Below, one piece after another: positions 28,274 to 32,000 of a stretch of DNA of 32,000 nt. Position numbers and translations under genes: made by a program. Source of the DNA: Desulfotalea psychrophila LSv54. Its GTDB lineage: Bacteria > Desulfobacterota > Desulfobulbia > Desulfobulbales > Desulfocapsaceae. How positions within the stretch are numbered: the stretch's first letter is position 1; the number at the start of each line of letters is the position of its first letter. The DNA lies in assembly GCF_000025945.1 (NCBI RefSeq), contig NC_006138.1, forward strand, positions 3,491,384 through 3,523,383, in the 5' to 3' direction. Below the pieces are notes generated by a model. The model was not told where the DNA came from. It did no database searches and saw only the letters and a program-made list of their open reading frames with translations.

Positions 28274-30019
28274 ATGAATAAAACAAAAATAATTGCCACC
28301 CTAGGGCCCCAGAGCCAAAGCGTCGAGGAGATTTATTCCCTTATTCAAGCGGGAATGAATGTTGCACGGATAAACCTTTCCCATGGAGATGCTGAAAGCT
28401 ACAAGCATCTTATCAGTAATGTAAAAGAGGCTCGCAAGTTAGCAGAAAAAGATACCGCGATCCTACTTGATAACCGTGGCCCTGAAATTCGTGTTAGCGA
28501 GATGGAAGAAGATATACATCTCGTTGATGGAGAAGAGCTAGTCATCACCAACAGAGCTGAAACTGTTTCCCCATCGCGGATCACTACAAATTACCCACAG
28601 CTTGCAGGTGATGTCCAGGTAGGTTCACGCATCCTTCTCGATGACGGAAAGCTCGCCCTGGAAGTGCTTGCCATTGAAGATGAAGAGGTGATCACGAAAG
28701 TTATTGCCGGCGGAATCCTCAGTAGTCGTAAACGTGTTGCCCTCCCCGATAACGAGGTTAACCTGCCCTCTTTGTCAGAAAAAGACAAAGAAGATATCGC
28801 CTTCGGAGTCGAACAGGATGTTGATTTCATCGCTGCTTCTTTTGTTAGACAGGCAGGTGATGTCTGGGCGGTACGAAAAATCATCGAAGATAACGGTGGT
28901 GATCAGGAGATCATTGCCAAGATCGAGAACCGCCAGGGAGTAAACAATCTTGATGAAATACTGCAAGCAGCCAACGGAATAATGGTAGCTCGGGGTGATC
29001 TAGGCGTTGAAGTACCCGCCGAAGAGGTGCCTATTATTCAAAAAAGCATCATCAAAGCTGCAAACAGACTAGGCAAACCTGTAATCACTGCCACCCAGAT
29101 GCTCGAATCAATGATCACCTGCCCCACTCCTACCAGAGCCGAGGCAAATGATGTAACCAACGCTATCTTCGATGGCACCGATGCAGTAATGCTCTCCGGC
29201 GAAACAGCCATTGGTAAGTATCCTGTTCAGGCTGTAGCCTTTCTTGTCCGCTGTGCGACAATAGCTGAGAATGCCCTGGACTATGATCATATCCTGGCAA
29301 ATGGCCTGCAGAACCGAAGACCAACGATCACCGACTCTATCTCCTATGCAAGTTGTGCGACGGCAGCGGATCTTAAAGCAACCGCCATCATTACGGCAAC
29401 AAGCTCTGGTTCCACCGCTCGCATGGTGGCCAGATATCGCCCCAAGGCTCCCGTTATTGCCGTCAGCCCTTCGCCCAGCACCATTCGCCACCTTCAACTT
29501 ATTCGCGGGGTAACCCCCCTGCTCTGCAACTTTGGTTCCTCCATGGATGAGCAGCTGGATCGAGTCATTCATGCAGCAACCCTTGCAGAGCTTATTCATA
29601 ATGGCGATTTGGTCATTATAACCGCCGGCATGCCTCTTGGACCCACAGGGACAACCAATATGCTTAAGGTACACACGGTGGCAGATATTTGCGTTACCGG
29701 CCAGGGGATTGGGGTCAAGCATGCCCAGGGTGCCGTCCGCATTATTCAAGCAGAAGATGATTGGCAGGATCTCCCCGAACATACCATTGCGGTAGTATCC
29801 TCAACCAATGAATCCATGCTGAAACATCTCGGTAAGGTGCGTGGAATTATTGCAGAAGCACCGGGACTCACCTCACATGCGGCAATTGTTGGCCGCGAAC
29901 TGGGGATCCCTGTTATCTGTAATGTTACCAATGCCCTTATGCTCTTTGAAAATGACCAGGTTATCACCATTGATGGGACAACTGGCCATATCTGTTACGG
30001 AAGTACACAAAACACATGA
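28274..30019 (+). CDS. pyk: pyruvate kinase with C-terminal PEP-utilizer-type mobile domain
   Basis: MNKTKIIATLGPQSQSVEEI, VMVARGDLGVEVPAEEVP, TATQMLESM; C-terminal GIIAEAPGLTSHAAIVGRELGIPVICNVTNA. Confidence 0.96.
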   Translation: MNKTKIIATLGPQSQSVEEIYSLIQAGMNVARINLSHGDAESYKHLISNVKEARKLAEKDTAILLDNRGPEIRVSEMEEDIHLVDGEELVITNRAETVSPSRITTNYPQLAGDVQVGSRILLDDGKLALEVLAIEDEEVITKVIAGGILSSRKRVALPDNEVNLPSLSEKDKEDIAFGVEQDVDFIAASFVRQAGDVWAVRKIIEDNGGDQEIIAKIENRQGVNNLDEILQAANGIMVARGDLGVEVPAEEVPIIQKSIIKAANRLGKPVITATQMLESMITCPTPTRAEANDVTNAIFDGTDAVMLSGETAIGKYPVQAVAFLVRCATIAENALDYDHILANGLQNRRPTITDSISYASCATAADLKATAIITATSSGSTARMVARYRPKAPVIAVSPSPSTIRHLQLIRGVTPLLCNFGSSMDEQLDRVIHAATLAELIHNGDLVIITAGMPLGPTGTTNMLKVHTVADICVTGQGIGVKHAQGAVRIIQAEDDWQDLPEHTIAVVSSTNESMLKHLGKVRGIIAEAPGLTSHAAIVGRELGIPVICNVTNALMLFENDQVITIDGTTGHICYGSTQNT

Positions 30020-31278
30020 AAAAATACGATGTAATTATTATCGGTGCTGGAGCCGCGGGACTTATGGCCGCCGGAGCCGCCGCCCAAGCAGGTGCCCACG
30101 TTGCTCTTTTTGAAAAGATGCAACAGACAGGACGCAAGATAGGTATTAGCGGCAAGGGAAGATGCAATCTCTCCAATAGCGCAGAGCTCCCTGAATTTAT
30201 CCAGCACTTTGGCAAAAACGGCAAGTTTCTCAGACAGGCATTTTCCCGTTTTTTCTCAAAGGAGTTGGTCGAGCTTGTGGAATCTCTGGGCGCCGACGTC
30301 ACCCTTGAACGCGGGGGCAGATTTTTCCCCACCAGCGGCAAGGCCCTCGATATTGTTGAGGCCCTTAATTTTTGGATTAAGGGTACCGGCGTAGAAGTCT
30401 ATCGTTCAGCACCCGTCCGTAAGATTCTGGTGAGCGACGAACGCATTTATGGCGTCAAAATCGCTGATGGCGAGGAGCTCTCCTGTTCCCGCGTCGTCAT
30501 CGCCACCGGTGGACTCTCTTACCCAAAAACCGGATCTACGGGAGATGGTTTCTCCTTCAGTGAAGAACTCGGACATACCGTCGTTCCACCACGTCCTGCC
30601 CTGGTACCTCTGACGAGCAAGGATTCCTTCATCCCAGAAATATCCGGACTGGATCTTCGTAACGTCCAGGCCCAACTTTTGGTAGACAACAAGAAGGTTG
30701 CCAGTCATTTTGGTGAGATATCCTTTACCACCTTTGGCGTTGCAGGCCCCATCGGCATCGGCCTCAGTGGTCAGGCCATAGATGCCCTGCACAAGAAACA
30801 GTCCGTGCAGATACACATTGATCTCAAACCAGCCCTCGATTATCAAAAACTTGATGCCCGTCTGATTCGCGACCTCACCACCAACTACAAAGATACAATA
30901 AAAACCATCCTGCGTGGACTCCTGCCCCAAAAGCTCATCGCCCTCTGTCTGCATGACTGTCAGATCGCACCACAGACTGCAGCAGGTACATTCCCCGCTG
31001 CTATGCGCAAAAAGATAGTCCACTGGCTAAAGAACTTCACCGTTACCATCAACGGTCATCGCTCCTACGATGAGGCTATTATAACCGCAGGTGGTGTCAG
31101 CCTTAAAGAGGTCTCACCCAAGACCATGGGCTCTAAAAAGATTACAGGTCTCTACTTCGCGGGAGAAGTGCTCGATCTCAACGCCGACACAGGTGGCTAC
31201 AACCTGCAGGCGGCCTTTTCCACTGGTTGGTTGGCTGGGAAATCCGCAGCCTCCTTTGCCAAATCTGATCATTCGTAA
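30016..31278 (+). CDS. BaiN/HI0933-family NAD(P)/FAD-dependent oxidoreductase
   Basis: DVIIIGAGAAGLMAAGAAAQAGAHVALFEKMQQTGRKIGISGKGRCNLSN, and C-terminal GLYFAGEVLDLNADTGGYNLQAAFSTGWLAG. Overlaps pyk by ATGA. Confidence 0.95.
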   Translation: MKKYDVIIIGAGAAGLMAAGAAAQAGAHVALFEKMQQTGRKIGISGKGRCNLSNSAELPEFIQHFGKNGKFLRQAFSRFFSKELVELVESLGADVTLERGGRFFPTSGKALDIVEALNFWIKGTGVEVYRSAPVRKILVSDERIYGVKIADGEELSCSRVVIATGGLSYPKTGSTGDGFSFSEELGHTVVPPRPALVPLTSKDSFIPEISGLDLRNVQAQLLVDNKKVASHFGEISFTTFGVAGPIGIGLSGQAIDALHKKQSVQIHIDLKPALDYQKLDARLIRDLTTNYKDTIKTILRGLLPQKLIALCLHDCQIAPQTAAGTFPAAMRKKIVHWLKNFTVTINGHRSYDEAIITAGGVSLKEVSPKTMGSKKITGLYFAGEVLDLNADTGGYNLQAAFSTGWLAGKSAASFAKSDHS

Positions 31279-31295
31279 CTGCCCGAGGAAGATCC

Positions 31296-31712
31296 TTGCC
31301 TGATATACGAATTGGTAATATCACCATCCCTGAGTATGAAGTCGAAACAACGGCCATACGTGCTCAGGGATCAGGTGGACAAAATGTCAACAAGGTGGCG
31401 ACAGCCATTCACCTTCGTTTTGATGTGGTTCAGTCTTCTCTGAGCGATGTTCAGAAAAGCCGGATCCTGGGTGGTGGCGACCACCACCTCACCGCCGATG
31501 GCGTCATCATCATCAAATCCCAGGCCTTTCGCAGCCAGGAACAAAACCGCCGGGCGGCAGAAGAACGTCTGGCAAAGATTATCGCCGCCGCCATGGTCGT
31601 GCAAAAGTCACGGCGAGCCACAAAACCCTCCAAGAGGGCACGAAAAAAACGGATGGAGTCCAAAAAACAGAAGGGAAGCACAAAGAAATTACGGGGTAAG
31701 GTGGATTATTGA
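31296..31712 (+). CDS. arfB: ArfB/YaeJ-like peptidyl-tRNA hydrolase, release-factor-like GGQ protein
   Basis: RAQGSGGQNVNKVATAIHLRFD GGQ motif, short length (138 aa), Lys/Arg-rich C-terminal tail KKRMESKKQKGSTKKLRGKV. Confidence 0.88.
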   Translation: MPDIRIGNITIPEYEVETTAIRAQGSGGQNVNKVATAIHLRFDVVQSSLSDVQKSRILGGGDHHLTADGVIIIKSQAFRSQEQNRRAAEERLAKIIAAAMVVQKSRRATKPSKRARKKRMESKKQKGSTKKLRGKVDY

Positions 31713-32000
31713 GAAAAGCAGTTATAAGTTATGAGCTGTCAGTTATCAGTTATCAGTTATCAGTTAAAAGCAAAAGCAAAAGCAAAAGCAAAAGCAAAAG
31801 CAGTTAACCACAGAGTTCACAGAGAACACAGAGATTTTTTTGGTAAACTGCCACTGCTTAAAAGCGAGATAAACAGCGAAAAAATCTAATATTCTCAATT
31901 CTTAGGCAAGACTCTGTAAGCGTACAAGGACATACTCCTCCTCTTGGTAAGGGGCTCTGGCGTTTATCGATTCCCCTAAAGTACAGCCCGTAGAGACGTC
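31713..32000. repeat. intergenic mosaic repeat region running off the window
   Basis: CAGTTAT x3, AAAAGC x6 (31766-31801), GTTAACCACAGAGTTCACAGAGAACACAGAG, AACTGCCACTGCTTAAAAGCGA, and GACGTCTCTACGGGCTGTACTTTAGGGGAA on the minus strand. Confidence 0.75.

Overview
This 32 kb window looks like ordinary chromosome from a sulfate-reducing deltaproteobacterium. It is Desulfotalea/Desulfobulbaceae-like by protein and intergenic style, but that is inference and no search was run. About 20 protein-coding genes are supported: a 5'-truncated SAM methyltransferase, an orphan Rossmann/SLOG-like protein, carA-carB, ftsH-folP, a CcdA-type membrane protein, a TrpXYZ-like ABC transporter operon, a CobB-type sirtuin, a Spy/ZraP-like periplasmic protein, a spermidine-synthase-like methyltransferase followed by a two-gene 'split' RluA-family pseudouridine synthase, a large PAS/GAF/GGDEF/EAL protein with a hotdog thioesterase, a Tim44-like membrane protein, a hybrid histidine kinase, a radical SAM protein, an FKBP/SlyD-like isomerase, and pyruvate kinase - BaiN/HI0933 flavoprotein - ArfB. 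Several intrinsic terminators are visible. I recognised no tRNA, rRNA, CRISPR array, transposase or prophage. The most distinctive non-coding signal is a mosaic family of intergenic repeats at about 9.26-9.6, 14.0-14.5 and 31.7-32.0 kb. They share modules in varying combinations: CAGCTATCAGCTGTCAG-like, AACTGCCACTGCTTAAAAGCGA, AAAAGC-rich runs, GTTAACCAC, and GACGTCTCTACGGGCTGT. I found no convincing new multi-gene system. The best secondary leads are a sirtuin without the zinc-binding cysteines, a stem-loop abutting the folP start, and the split pseudouridine synthase.
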